DNA of 64,000 nucleotides, from NCBI GenBank assembly GCA_030704615.1, contig CM060731.1:58590001-58654000 (forward strand), in the 5' to 3' direction. The stretch's first letter is position 1, and every line of letters starts with the position of its first letter. The notes beneath the pieces were generated by a model, which saw only the letters and a list, made by a program, of their open reading frames with translations, did not search any database and had not been told where the DNA came from. This document shows positions 23,901 through 36,190 of this stretch, one piece after another. Source of the DNA: Takakia lepidozioides (Eukaryota; Plantae; Bryophyta). Position numbers and translations under genes: made by a program.

Positions 23901-26438
23901 GATCGCCTTCACCTTTCTGTCATCCATTTTGATCCCATCCTGTGTAATCACATGCCCTAGGAACTCCACTTTTGTGACCCCGAATTCGCACTTTGAAGCT
24001 TTGGCATACAGCTTCCCTTCCCGCAATTTCTGGAACACCCTTTTTGAGATGCTCCAGGTGTTCTTCCTTTGTTTTCGAGTACATCAAGATGTCGTCGATG
24101 TACACGATCACTAAGTCATCCAACCACTCCTGGGATAGGCTGTTTATTAGCGTGCTAAAGGTCGCGGGTGTGTTGGTGAGCCCAAAAGGCATCACCAAGA
24201 ACTCATATGAACCATATCTTGTCATGCACGCGGTCTTCTCCTCATCTCCTTCCGCCACTCGGATTTGATGGTAGTCGGAGTGCAAATCGATCCGGCTGAA
24301 ATACTTTGCTCCTGCCAACTGATCGAAGAGGTCGTCGATCCTTGGCAAAGGGTATTGGTTTTTGATAGTCACCTTATTCAGAGCCCTGTAATCGACACAC
24401 ATCCGCAGCGTCCCATCCTTCTTGTCTGCGAATAGCACCGGGGCTCCGTAGGGTGACTTACTCGGCCGGATGTACCCCTTTGACATTAAATCCTTGAGCT
24501 GAGCCTTCAGCTCGACCAAATCTCTGTGGCTCAACCGGTAGGGCGCCTTTGCAGGCGGCTCCGATCCCGGTATCACGTCAATCTTGTGGTCAACTCCTCT
24601 TCGCGGTGGCAAGCCGCTTGGTAAATCCTCCGGCATCACATCCTGCTCTTTCTCCAAGATCCCCTTGATCCAATCTGGGCTTGGCTCCCTATCGACTTCT
24701 CATTCCACTTGTCTTACGTAAAGCAAAAACTGGGGCTCGTGTGGCTCCTCCACGGCCCACTCCTTTGCTGACAGCAGGTTTATTTGCCCTCCCACTCGGT
24801 TGGGCGTTTCCAACACCCGTAACACTTCGCCACCATTCCCACACGGTAGCGTGACTATTCTCTTGCGGCCATCTATGACCGCTCCGGATTTGCTCAAAAA
24901 GGTCATCCCCAAAATGAGATCCACTCCATCGATCTCGCAAATGGTGAATCACGTCCCTCCCAACTCCCACGCTGAAGAGGAACATCAAACGCCAGCCTCG
25001 TCGCCAATTGTGGTTCTCCTTTGGCAGAACGCACTTCAATGGAGGCCCCCACATCACTTGTTGGGAGCCCCAGCTTCCGTGCCATTGCCGGTGTCATGAA
25101 GGAGTGCGACGCTCCTATGTCCACCAACAACGACACGTTAGTTCCGGAAATTATCCCACTCACGAACATTAACTGACTCCCTTTACGTAAGGGGCCAGTC
25201 TCCTGATACAACTCACAAGAGTAGTTGCCTACCTTGCAAGTCTTGACGACCACCGCTTCCACCAAGCGGCTGATGGAATCTTCGAACAGCTCCGTGGTCG
25301 CCCGAGTCATGTTCAATTGTCGGGGTTTCGTGCACTTCTTAGCCATGTGCCCGGGCTCCCCGCAATTAAAGCACATTCCATTGAAGGTCGCCTTCTGTCC
25401 GCTATAAGCCGTCGCACCTGATTTTTCTTTCGGAACACCGGGTGCCGCCTTGACGTGTGAAGGCCCTCCCTTTGATTTCCATGTGCCATTGTCGCCGCGT
25501 GGCCTATCCCACTTCTTTTCCGGTCGGAAGGAATCACCTTCCCGCCGAGTCTTCTTGTGGTTCAGCTCCGTACGACCTTGTCTTTCGCCCGTAGGGACAT
25601 TCGAGAAACATTCAGCCCTTTCAATTGCCTCGTTCAAAGTCTTAGGTGGCTTCTCCTCCAACTTCCGCCTGGCCCATGGGGCCAGTCCCGCCACAAAGTT
25701 GAAGACCATTCTGGTTCCGCCATATCCGCGACTTTGAGCAACAGCACATTGAAAGCCTGAATATATCCCCGAATGTCATCCGTTTGCTTCAAATTCCTCA
25801 TCTTGTCCCGGGCGAGCCAGGACGCGTTGAGGGGCACAAACTGTCTTTCATAAGTTCCTTGAATCCACTCCAGCTCAAGGTTTCTGGGATTGGACCTTGG
25901 TCATGAAGGCGTTTTTGCCACCATTGTTGAGCATAACCCCTCAAATAGGTAGGAGCCACTTCCACCCGATCCTCGTCACTCAACTTGGCCGCCCGGAAGT
26001 ACTGCTCTAGCTCCAAGAGCCAGGTGTTGAGTGCCTTCTGATTTTGGACGCCCTCAAAGGTGTTGGGTTCCTTAGGCTTCACCTTAAACTCTTTAGTGGA
26101 AGTGGCATTAGTCGCCTTCAACACGTCCTTTAACGTCCCGCCAAACTGCGCCAATAACCCCTCCCAAAAGGCTGTTGGCATGGGAGATATCTGTTGGTCT
26201 GCCGGAGCCTCCAGGAAGTCCTCGGGCTCCGACTCCCCAGATTCCTCCCGTTCTTGAGCGGCCTCGTTTTCAAAAGCATGAATTGCCTCCTCAAATTGCC
26301 GCTTCGGTGTAGCCTCCATCGGGCTCACCAGGATCATCATCTTTCGGGCCGTTCCGCTTTCGCTTTGTCTTGCCCAACCCCATGATGAGGCCGATCTCAA
26401 GGACGATCGCGTACTGAACTCTAAGCTCTGATACCAAG

Positions 26439-27162
26439 TGTCGCGCACCTCACTTTGGTAATCTCCCCTTCAAGTCATAGTTACTTGCTTTGATGCGCGC
26501 GCCTAACTCCCAAACTGGCTGCCGGGCCAACTCGGAGCTTCGGCTGCTCACCGGGACATAACGGTCCCCCTTTGCTCCTCCACAAGACCCTCTCTCAATT
26601 TGGGCCTAGTGGAAATTCCCTTTGGTTGTTGGCAGTCCGGAACAGCTCCCCACACCTTGGTCACTTTCCGGCTCGCACACTTACTCACTAGTTTTTGGTC
26701 ACCAACGGGCTTGCACCGTTCTCGGGGTTACTACTCCCTATATATACTTCTGTGACTGTCCGCGGGGGTTTCACAAACAACCCAGTCATTTTATGGCAAA
26801 CCACCACAAAAACCCTCAATTCCCAGTGATGAGCGGTGAGTCTTGGCCCACCCACCACGGCCCCATTGGACCGTGATGAGTCCCAAGACTCCCCACGACT
26901 CCCACCACAAGGTCTCCGCCCCATGGTGAGTCCTATGCCACCCCCACTAAGACCCACTAAGCTACCACCACCCTTCGTGGGACCACCCCCACCGCAACCT
27001 GGTGTGCGGGGCTCCACCTAGTGAGCGCCTCCGCCTCCTTGAGTGCCCAAGGCACTCAAGGGTGCTTCAGCCCCTGTACCTATTGTTGCCACTGCCCCCA
27101 CCACAGGGGCAGCCCCTCTTTTGTGTCCCGACCCCCTGCCCTCAAGGCAAAGGGCCGCGACA
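26439..27162 (-). repeat. 5' LTR (724 bp, native arrangement)
   Basis: Adjacent to the PBS. TG...CA ends. TATATATA at about 26746-26739 on the minus strand. Confidence 0.93.
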
Positions 27163-29599
27163 GGATAACACTTGCAATCGATGCTTGTAATTCTTCGTCC
27201 TCTGGCCTTGCATACACCCCTTGCCATCCATGGGCCACCAATGCCCGCCGCAATGCACCTTTGCTCAAGCCCAAACCATTGGCAATGCTCGTGATTGTTG
27301 CTTGGCGCAAATTGAGAAGTCTGTCAGCATATGCGACAAGAGAACACCCTGCATCGTCGTGGGCTTCCATGGCCTACTTTTTTGGGGACCTGCTATGTGC
27401 AGTGGCTGCCAAGCCCACCATTCTGCCTTTTTAGTTGTGCACATATGAAGCATTCAATGTCAACGAGCCCATTTGACAATGCAAGATATCATGCGGATCA
27501 TGTACAAACGTATACGTGTAATGATATTTCCACATATTGTGATGTAAGATGAAATCAATGGTGATAGTGTACATTTGCGAACTATGTACATAAGATCGGA
27601 ATGCAACTCAATGGGCGAATTGACAATCGACCCTTGCAGGGCCACTGTCCAAGATTTCCTCACAACCAAATTTACTACGGGGAAGTCTAAAAGTTATGTT
27701 TATCGGTTACGAAGAGTGTGGAACAAACTACGCTCAGTTCAAGTCTTTCAGCTCCCCAAGTGTGGAGCGCCAGCACGTATCCTTTCCATCATACTGCTAG
27801 ACAAAAAGTAAGAATACAATTCAAACATCACATATATGGACCCCTGTCATATAGAGGTTTCAACCTGCATTATCCTGTTGCCAGAACAAACCTGGCCAAC
27901 ATATATACATGTGCGAATTCACACACAAGAAAGATGGCGTCTGCCATTGGTATACGTTTTGTGGGCACCTTCTGTTTCGTAGTACCAGGCTGAAGAGCAC
28001 CGCTCAGTTTGTGCCTTGCCTGCTATGATATCCTACTCGGCCAACCCATCTTCTTGCCATTTTCCAGCACCCTCGGGACTCCTCTTCCTCTTCTTTACCT
28101 CCCTGGTCTATGTAGAACACCGCTGCCTCTGTACATGTAGTCTCTCTTCTGAATATAATAGTGTCCTGTGGTGGTCGCGGATGGTGCCGCCCAGGCGACC
28201 TGTGCTACAGCCGACCGCTTCAGCCTGTCGCCTAGCCACCAACTGGGCGACTTGGCGACCGGTTGAGGCGGTCGCCCACTGAACGGGGACCCGCTGCAAC
28301 CGTCGCCCACTTCTGTTTTTTTAAAGAGAAAGGGGCCGGAGGCCCCTTTCCTCAAATAAAATTATAAAAGGTACAAAGACGTGGAAAAAATAACCAGCTA
28401 GGGGCCGTGAAGGGGCCTTTTTCTATGTATAGAGAGGACCGCTTCGCGGTCGCCGGAAGTTCTCTCTGGCATGACCGCCAACCGGTCACCTGGTGACCTC
28501 CTAAGCGGTCGCCCCCGGAACCATTTACATTTAAACGTCAACCGCCAGGGGACCGTCACGGGACCGCCACCGCCGACGTCTGTCCAGTGCCAAAACCCTA
28601 AAAAAACTCGTGCAGTGACCGTCGGGGTTGACGGTCCCGTTTTTGAAGGATGATATGATAACGGGACCGCCAACTTCGACGGTCCCTAACTCCATTTCGC
28701 CAATATTTTAATTCTAATTTCGTGCTTTCAGTTTTATTTTCTCCCCATGCGACTGCGCAGGGGACTGGGCGACCGCTGACAAAGCGGTCGCCCACGTTTT
28801 GTCTTTTATCCCATTATTTTTATTTTGAGCTTCCAGGCAGTGTATTTTTTTTCACTTTTCCAAAATCGCAGGCAGGGCGACATGTATATTCTACCGAGTG
28901 CCCATATGGCAAAGACTAACGAGGTGACCTAATTAGAATAGTGGCTATATTACAGGTGTCATATTCTAACAGGCCCACGTAGGACAAATCTGGCTCCTGA
29001 TATCTGACCGTTGGCGCTTTCTGCCGATTTATTTTATTTTTACTACCGTAATTCCTTAGTAAAAGTCGATGATCCATTTTCCAGGTCGAAATCTCGCAAT
29101 TTTGCTATAACGTTTTATTTTTTATTTTTTATTTCCCCATCCAAGTGCGCGGCGGCAGACGAACTTTTCCCGGCGGCCGCTCTTAGCACGGTTTATTTTC
29201 CGATTTTTTTTTTTTTTTTGCTTTTTAGTAATATTCATATTGTTTTCATTTTGAAAGAAATGGGGGACCGCCGAGGGGACTGCGGCGGGCCGCGGGATTG
29301 AACCCTGAACCAGCCGGATCACCGGGAAGATTCTTCGGAACCTTCCAGGCCCAACCCAAACCCATATAAACGAGGCAAGGCCATTGCAGCCTCACTTTCA
29401 CTTTCCACAGTGGCTTGGTGGGTCATCGGATGCTCAGCATTCGACGCCGCTGAGCTGGTGGAGAGGGAAGCCAAGTGGTGGGAGGGTTTTGCGCTCGGTT
29501 TATACGAAACTGTCCCTGACTTCCTCCCCTTAAGCCCTCTCTTGGCTTCAAACTACATTTCAAAATCAATATTTACCGAAAATAATAGGCTTTTACAAG

Positions 29600-30960
29600 A
29601 CATTGTACTTATCTGAGGGGTTTATGATAAATTCGTTGCCGAACTGTCCCCAAAAATGGCAGAAGACGGTGGAGACCGACGTCGAGAGCGAGACGGGGAT
29701 GATCGGGGAGGTCCGTCGTGGAAAAAAGGGGGAAGGGGTGCAAAAGGGACGAGGCAGGATGCCAATTGGGAGATATATGATAGGCCGGAAATACTGGCAA
29801 AGGATGGTTGAGACAACATTGCAAAAAACGCGATATGGCCCATGAGCAGGTGCAAAACATTTGTGAAAATGTGCCACATTAACCGTTTGTGGCGTAGGGA
29901 TAGGCATGAGGTGCAGACTAGGAACAACCAAGCGGATGCGCCATCTTGCTCCAACCAGCATTTCTGGCATAGAGCGGACGAGGTGCATTAGACATTATGG
30001 GGAGAAAAGTTATACATAAATCAAATTCCCTACGGCTTTGCAGCCATGCTGTACGTGGAGTTGATTTTGAAAAGACGCGTGGATTGACAAACTGCTACAA
30101 GGAGGCATGGCCAGAAAATATACTTCGACAGCGACATCCCGGACACATACGATGGGAACCAAGAAAGAGCTAGAGGAGTTGGTGGAGAGACAAAGGAGGC
30201 GCATATATGGCCCGCAGAAATGGCTAAATGGAGAGTATTGGGGTAAAACTATGGAGTGGGTTGCAAGTAGAAGGATGCACGGGTTGGACGCCAAAGAATA
30301 GACTCGAAAGTTTGACATGGAGAAATTCTGGGTGACATCGAACTGGGAGATCACAATACGTGCTCAAGCCATTTCGGATCCAGAGCAGAGGGAGTTATTC
30401 TGTCAAAATTTTCGGAGGGCATTGGGCAGAAAGAGGGGGTAGGTTCTTCCGGCTGCCTGATAACATATTTCCCGATGCGGATATCGACGCATACGACCTT
30501 ACACCAATTGGTCGGGAACTGTTTCTGAGGACGCTGGAACGTGTTGCGCAATCTTGGCTGTGCCAGATGGAAGAGAGGGTTGAAAGGCGCGAATGGGGGA
30601 GTATGTTTCTCAGGGCGATGAAGAACGAATTTACTCATTTCAGCAATCCATCTTGGCGATTCTTGGTACATGGGAGACGGACTGTGGCAGCCAGTCCGTT
30701 GGTGTTCGCTTGCGCAATTTGACAAGTGTGGAGTCATTGGTGCAAGTGTTGGATGCGGCACAATGGCAAGCGAACGATCACACCTACTGTCCTCCGAGAC
30801 CTCCAAGACCTCCAAACAGAGCAGACCGCCTAGTGATTGGCCCTGCATGGCGCACCCACTCCCACCATAGGGCTCTCCCCACCGCACGTGTGGCCAGGTC
30901 GACAACATCAACATAAGAGCCATTGGAGGCAACCAGAGGAGCTGTTAGCAACGTTGAAGG
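29600..30960 (+). pseudogene. decayed ORF of an unidentified, probably TE-borne family (module copy 1)
   Basis: EVH*TLWGEKLYINQIPYGFAAMLYVELILKRRVD*QT at about 29980-30095, with homologous copies at about 32220-32020 (-) and 38310-38495 (+). Confidence 0.5.
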
Positions 30961-31850
30961 AAGTGTAGATTTGGACGAATAGGGGATTATACATTAGCTT
31001 GCGATGAGACATCACGTTTCAATATGTTTTTGTGTGTTGCCATGATGGTCAAATGTTGTCACAGTTGTCCTCATCATTTCATGTCCCTAAACCCGAAGGG
31101 AAGGGACAACATTTTTGTAACGTATGCCGATGTGCCAAAATTTCAAATTGCAATCGCTTTGTGAAATATGCAGAAAACTCGAGTTTCAATTGAACAAACT
31201 CACAATGGCAAAATTGCACATGCGCAAATCAAGAATCAACTTCTTCAATAAGCATGTGGCGGTCTCACAAACAATCCACAATCAACTACTACAATAAGCA
31301 TGTGGCAGTCTCACAAACATACTATTTTTCGTTTTATGCTTCTGGACTGTTGCATTTACGATTGTTCCACGTTGACACCATCAACATAAGAGCCATCGGA
31401 GGCAAGCAGAGAAGTTGTTAACAACGTTGAAGGAATTATAGATTTCGACGAATACGGGTTTTATAGATTGGCGAGTCGTGACATAATGTTTCAATATTTT
31501 TTTTGTGATGTTATCAACTTCTTCAATAAGCATGTGGCGGTCTCACAAACAATCCACAATGAACTTCTACAATAAGCATGTGGCAGTCTCACAAACATAC
31601 CCGGTTTGTGGTTTTATGATTTTGGATTGTTGCATTTACGATTGTTCCACGTTGACGCCATCAACATAAGAGCCATCGGAGGCAAGCAGAGCAGTTGTTA
31701 ATAACGTTGAAGGAATTCTAGATTTCGACGAATACGGGTTTTATAGATTGGCTTGTCGTGAACAGAATGTTTCAATATTTTCACTGTGATGCTATTACAC
31801 TGAAATGTTGTCACAGTTGTCCTCATCATTTCACATCCCTAACCCCGAAT
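30895..31850. repeat. nested tandem duplications (unit of about 280 bp with an internal repeat of about 45 bp)
   Basis: CATCAACATAAGAGCCAT.GGAGGCAA at about 30906, 31379 and 31659. AATAAGCATGTGGC.GTCTCACAAACA occurs four times (about 31248, 31293, 31526, 31571). Confidence 0.85.
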
Positions 31851-31999
31851 GGGAGGACATCTCTCAAACGTTAGCAACAAAATGTCTATAAACTGATCGA
31901 TATTCCAGTATATTTTCTTGATGGCAAGCACACACTTGGCTAAGTTGCATTTCCGCCAAAGCTTGTGTGTGCGGTCCCCAACTCCAATGTTGTTTTTTC

Positions 32000-33340
32000 T
32001 GGTGTTTGAACTATGTTTTGTTCCCACTTGGTTCCCAACATATGTGTCTGGGATGTCGGAGCGCAACAATAGTTTCACCCCAATCCAGGTTGTGGCAGTT
32101 TGACAACCCATCTATGATTCTCAAAATCAACTCCACGTACAACATGGCTAGAAAGCTGTAAGAAATTTGATTCCTATACCGTTTTTTCTCCCCATAATGT
32201 CCAATGCACCTCTTCCGTTGTATGCCTGAAATGTTAGTTGCCGCAAGTTAACGCGTCCCCACAATTGTTCCTCATTTGTACCTCATGCCTCTCCTAGGCC
32301 ACAACGGTTCATGTGAACAACGTTCTGACAATGTTCGAAAGACACGTGATTACAGGCACATAAACAATTTGACAAAATCGAGTGGGGGTTTGAGTTGCAG
32401 CCAATTGATGACAACTGCTTTATTTACTTGCAAAAGCAAGCAGTACAATTGTCGTCACAAAACGTTATCTTAATCAATTCTATAGCATTGTTGCGGCTGC
32501 GTCTACTTGAATGGAGGGCGCGTGAAATGAAGCACTATCTAGCTAAGTGCGTGTCGTTTCTCCAAAGTGCCAACTGTTAGAGAGCATAACATAAACACAT
32601 ACCCATAGACTGATCCTATAACAAGCTGACATCCAAATTATTATGTCGATTGGTTTTTGCAGCTATCATGCCAACTTCTCGCGTTCACGGTGAACAACTA
32701 CTTGACATCCTCATATTCCTTTAGACTCCCCCGCTTCCGCAATATCTCGCGGTTGTCCTTGCAAGTCCCCCAACATTGACCCCTCGCCATCAGATGGCCT
32801 TCCTGTCTTCCAAGGATGTCGGGTTCTCCTTCTTGCATAGGCCTTTGCCATATCAGCCCATCAATTGACAAGCATAAACAATTCCTTCTCCCAACTAGGG
32901 ACTGGGCCGTCGGTTGTCTTCTTCACAACTCTATCCATCAGTTGCCTCAAATTCCAAGTGCCATCCAATGCCTGACCCTGCACCCAGCTATCAAACTTGC
33001 ACTTCATCACGTCCTCCCTCCACTCATCACCTGCCAAAGCCTCCCTCATTCTCCCCTCCAGCTTGCGTTGGGAAATTGAGAAAACCATCAAGCTTTTACT
33101 ACACATACGCGCTTTGCAAGCTCAACATGTCATTGTCGACGAAATAATCTCGAACCACTTCCTTCACGCACTTTAATGCCTCCTTTCCAGGATAGTCAGC
33201 TTTGTTGACATGGGTATCCCGCATGCGAGATTTTCTCTTCCTACTCCGGCCCCCACTCCCTGACAAAATCCCGGGCACGGCACTGGCAGACATTCCGTGT
33301 ATGCTTAGCAAACAGTGGAAACAAATGCACTTTTGCAACT
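32000..33340 (-). pseudogene. decayed ORF of an unidentified TE-like family (includes module copy 2)
   Basis: Broken frames such as KADYPGKEALKCVKEVVRDYF and DGPVPSWEKELFMLVN, plus the AMLYVELIL module at about 32150-32120. Confidence 0.4.
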
Positions 33341-34229
33341 GTCAAGCACCCAATATGTTTTGCCCCACCTTGCCTACGTGGTACTATGCCCCAAATGCTA
33401 AGCAACTACAATATAAATTTGCAATGTAAACTCGCCTATTTTGCCTCCTTTGTAACCAGAAACTGAATTCTAAACGCCCCCCCTCCCTCTCCCCCAAATT
33501 TGTTCTTTTGCGTGCGCAACCCTACGGAGGAAAATGCAAGGGAGAAAATGGAAATGTAGCCCTAACCCACCGTCCCCAACCCCCAAAAAAAGATTTTCCC
33601 CTTGTGCGCGCGGTCCCAGGCAATAAAATGTTGAGCATCTGATGACCCAGAAACACTCTCACACAAGACGAGAGGAAAGGGGGTAGGCGGCTTGAGGTCT
33701 GGCCTTATATACCCATGCCCCCCCCCCCCCCCCTCTCCCCACCCACCTTTGTCGCTGTGCGGGCGGGGTAATGGGAAAATGTTTGTAAGTGAACGGGCGG
33801 TCCCGATATTATTTACTTTAATGAAGCGAACGGGACCGCCGGAGCTGGTCGTCCCCATAGAACAAATCTGTTTATGTGGTAAAAGAACGGGGTTGCTGGC
33901 GGTCCTGATACAACATATTTAAATCCCGACCGCCGATATTGGGACCGCCGGGATTGGGACCGCTGCCCGGTGGTCGGGTATATGCTGAGTTTTTATTTGT
34001 ATATGTAACAAAATGTATTTGCCTCCCCCAAAAAAAACCGGACCGCCGAAATCGGGGCCGCTGGATGGCGATCGGATATACGAATATTTTGCTTTATTAT
34101 AAAAAAGAAACAGAACAGGGTATGGTGGCCCTCATAAATTTTATTACCGGAGTGTATTTGTATATGTAAAAATATCCATAGTCTCCCAAAGAAAAAACAT
34201 GCTCGGTCCGTACTATGGAACGGCTGCAT

Positions 34230-36190
34230 GGCGATCTTTTGAGGATTTTTTTCGTCACAGGGAATAATAGGTAATGTTGTGCTTGAGATCTGGCCCTCTT
34301 GGATGAGTCTGGACCCACACTCTACCCCTGCTCCTTTAGCACAGCATGCCTCTGCACAAATCATGCATACATGCTTGCCTTGCTGCTAGCAGCTGACGAT
34401 GACAACCTACATTTGTTCAAGGAAACACCCAACTCAATGTATCACAGTAGTTCATATGGTCAATTGCATCTGCTACTCCCTATAATCCAACAGGCATTCA
34501 CCTTCTTGCCTGGATTGTCCCACCATTGACTGGGGTCAGAAAAAGTATTCATTCCATAGCTTCTCCTCATCTGTGCTACCTGTTTCTGTATATGTTTTCT
34601 TTACGTTTTTATCACATTGGCAGAATCATGTCCGAATCACTACAAACTATAAAAAGTTAACTCAAACAGCTAAAACATGAAAATTTGGGGCTGATTATGA
34701 TAAGAGAAAAAAAACAGGGTGAAATGTGTTGAAGAAGGTGCCTTCATTAGCAGTCCATGATTTTATCAATTGTGCCGCTGCTGCTGCGGCTTCTAGTTGA
34801 CCCTCTGTTTGTTGTACCTATCCATCCACAATGAATCATACTTAATCTGGAGCTTCAAATCCGGCCCTCCGACATTCCCACTCTATCCCTGCTCCTTCAG
34901 CTGTCCATGCCTTTGCACAAATCAGACATACATCCTTGCGTTGTTGCTCGCAGCTGACAATGACAGAGTATAATTGTTCTTGCAAACACCCCAACCCTAC
35001 TTATGACAGTAGTTCCTATGCTGACTTGCGAGTGCTTCCAACAGGCATTCACCTTTTTGCTTCCATTGTTCCAGCATCGACAGTTACCGGAAACGTATTC
35101 ATTCCACAGCTTCTTCTCGTCCTTGTTATATATTGTTCGATACTTTCTTGTTGCCACATTGGCAGTAACATGTCAACATCACTCCAAAACCACCATAGAT
35201 CCACAACGACCTAACTTGTAGTAGAATTCAACAGGAAAATTTTGGGACGACTCTCATAACAGGGAAAAACAGGCTGAACAATGTTGAAGAAGGGGCCTTC
35301 ATTAGTTGTGCAATTGTGCTGCTACCGCTGTTGTTTCCAGTTGACCATTGGAGCCACACAAATTACTTGTAGCCATTGATCCACAGGGAATCAGAAGTAA
35401 TCTTGTGTTTGAAATCCGACCCTCTTGGGTGGACCTCTATCCCTGGTACTTCAGCTATCCCTACCTATGTACAAATCATGATTACTTGCTGCTAGCAGCT
35501 AACAGTGATGGCGTTAAGTTAGACCAGCAAACACCCCAACCCTACTTACTACAGTAGTTCCAATTCTACATTGCATCTGCTTCTCCTTGTAGTCCAACAG
35601 GCAATCACCTTTTTGTGTCCATTGTCCCACATTTGACTGAGGTCGGGAAAAGTGTTCATTCGAAAGTTTCTTCTCATCGAAGTTATCTGTTTTTGATATT
35701 TTGCTGCCACATTGGCAAAAACTTGTCAAAGTCAGCAGGAACCACCACAGATCCACCCAACGACCTAACTTACAGAATTTAATATGCATCTCACGGCCGA
35801 GTTTGATGAGAGGGCCAAATAGGCTGAAATAGGTTGAAGAAAAAGGTGCCCTCCCCACATTGTCCTTGACCTTGTGTCATGATCGACAGAAAATATTACC
35901 TACCAAGAACCCAACAGGACCTATTTGTGTGTGCTGCTTGTGTGTGTAGTCGGGTAATGTCAGAATGGTCTGTGAGAACCACCGCGGTGCAGCTGAGGCA
36001 ATGATTGAAACATGGACTGCTAAGACCAAGCAGACTCTCCCAAGAACCTTGTATACATCAGGAAGAATACCAAATCATGATACTAATAGGAGCCAGGAGC
36101 CCACAATTGCAGGATGGACAAACTTCTTCACATCGTACATTAAACAAAAGCCCCACTTTCCGATTGCGGTTGTCCTACCATCATAAATTT
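34230..36190 (-). pseudogene. pseudogene with tandem OSB-type PDF motifs (organellar ssDNA-binding repeat)
   Basis: Three degenerate units of about 560 bp. Each has DE.KL(W/S)NE.F followed by a WWDN-like exon with a GT donor (clearest: QWWDNPGKK), then PRGPDLKHNITYYSL, GPDLKLQIKYDSLWMD or PRGSDFKHKITSDSLWINGY. A fourth remnant *W*DNRNRK|GT lies at about 36185-36156. Stops and frameshifts throughout. Confidence 0.7.

Larger units (their letters stand above)
20336..27162 (-). mobile_element. full-length but decayed Ty3/gypsy chromovirus, Galadriel-like LTR retrotransposon
   Basis: LTRs 26439-27162 and 20336-20977, both TGTCGCG...CGCGACA. 5-bp TSD GGATA at 20331-20335 and 27163-27167. tRNA-iMet PBS (TGGTATCAGAGC) at 26436-26425. 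Gag with CFNCGEPGHMAKKC, protease LVDIGASHSF, RT YIDDIL, RNase H THEKEMKAVVHCL, integrase, and chromodomain YEVEAVL...EYLVKWK...ATW ending at 21882. Multiple frameshifts. Confidence 0.95.
18650..27430 (-). mobile_element. IS3EU/integrase-core-like DDE transposase pseudogene with introns, interrupted by the LTR element at 20336-27162
   Basis: HTH-like TITSIANGLGLSKGALRRAL (about 27300-27240). Removing the LTR element and one GGATA rejoins ...ASIASVI|PLERGGCNFGIRAIQTLLRRTNGIRV...RGQYTISQPMRMWHMD. After a GT-AG intron (20126-19957) it reads SYEKLKRWGFRLHGGIDGVTHFIVWL, then a frameshift, then YGHPIPLRSDH...HNQRIEHFW...WNHHRVR. The catalytic D, D and E are all visible. Outer ends are not defined. 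Confidence 0.8.

Noticed and set aside
17340-28400. Terminal inverted repeats and TSD for the IS3EU-like element
   Set aside because: Several candidate ends were compared by eye and none gave a convincing TIR pair or duplication.
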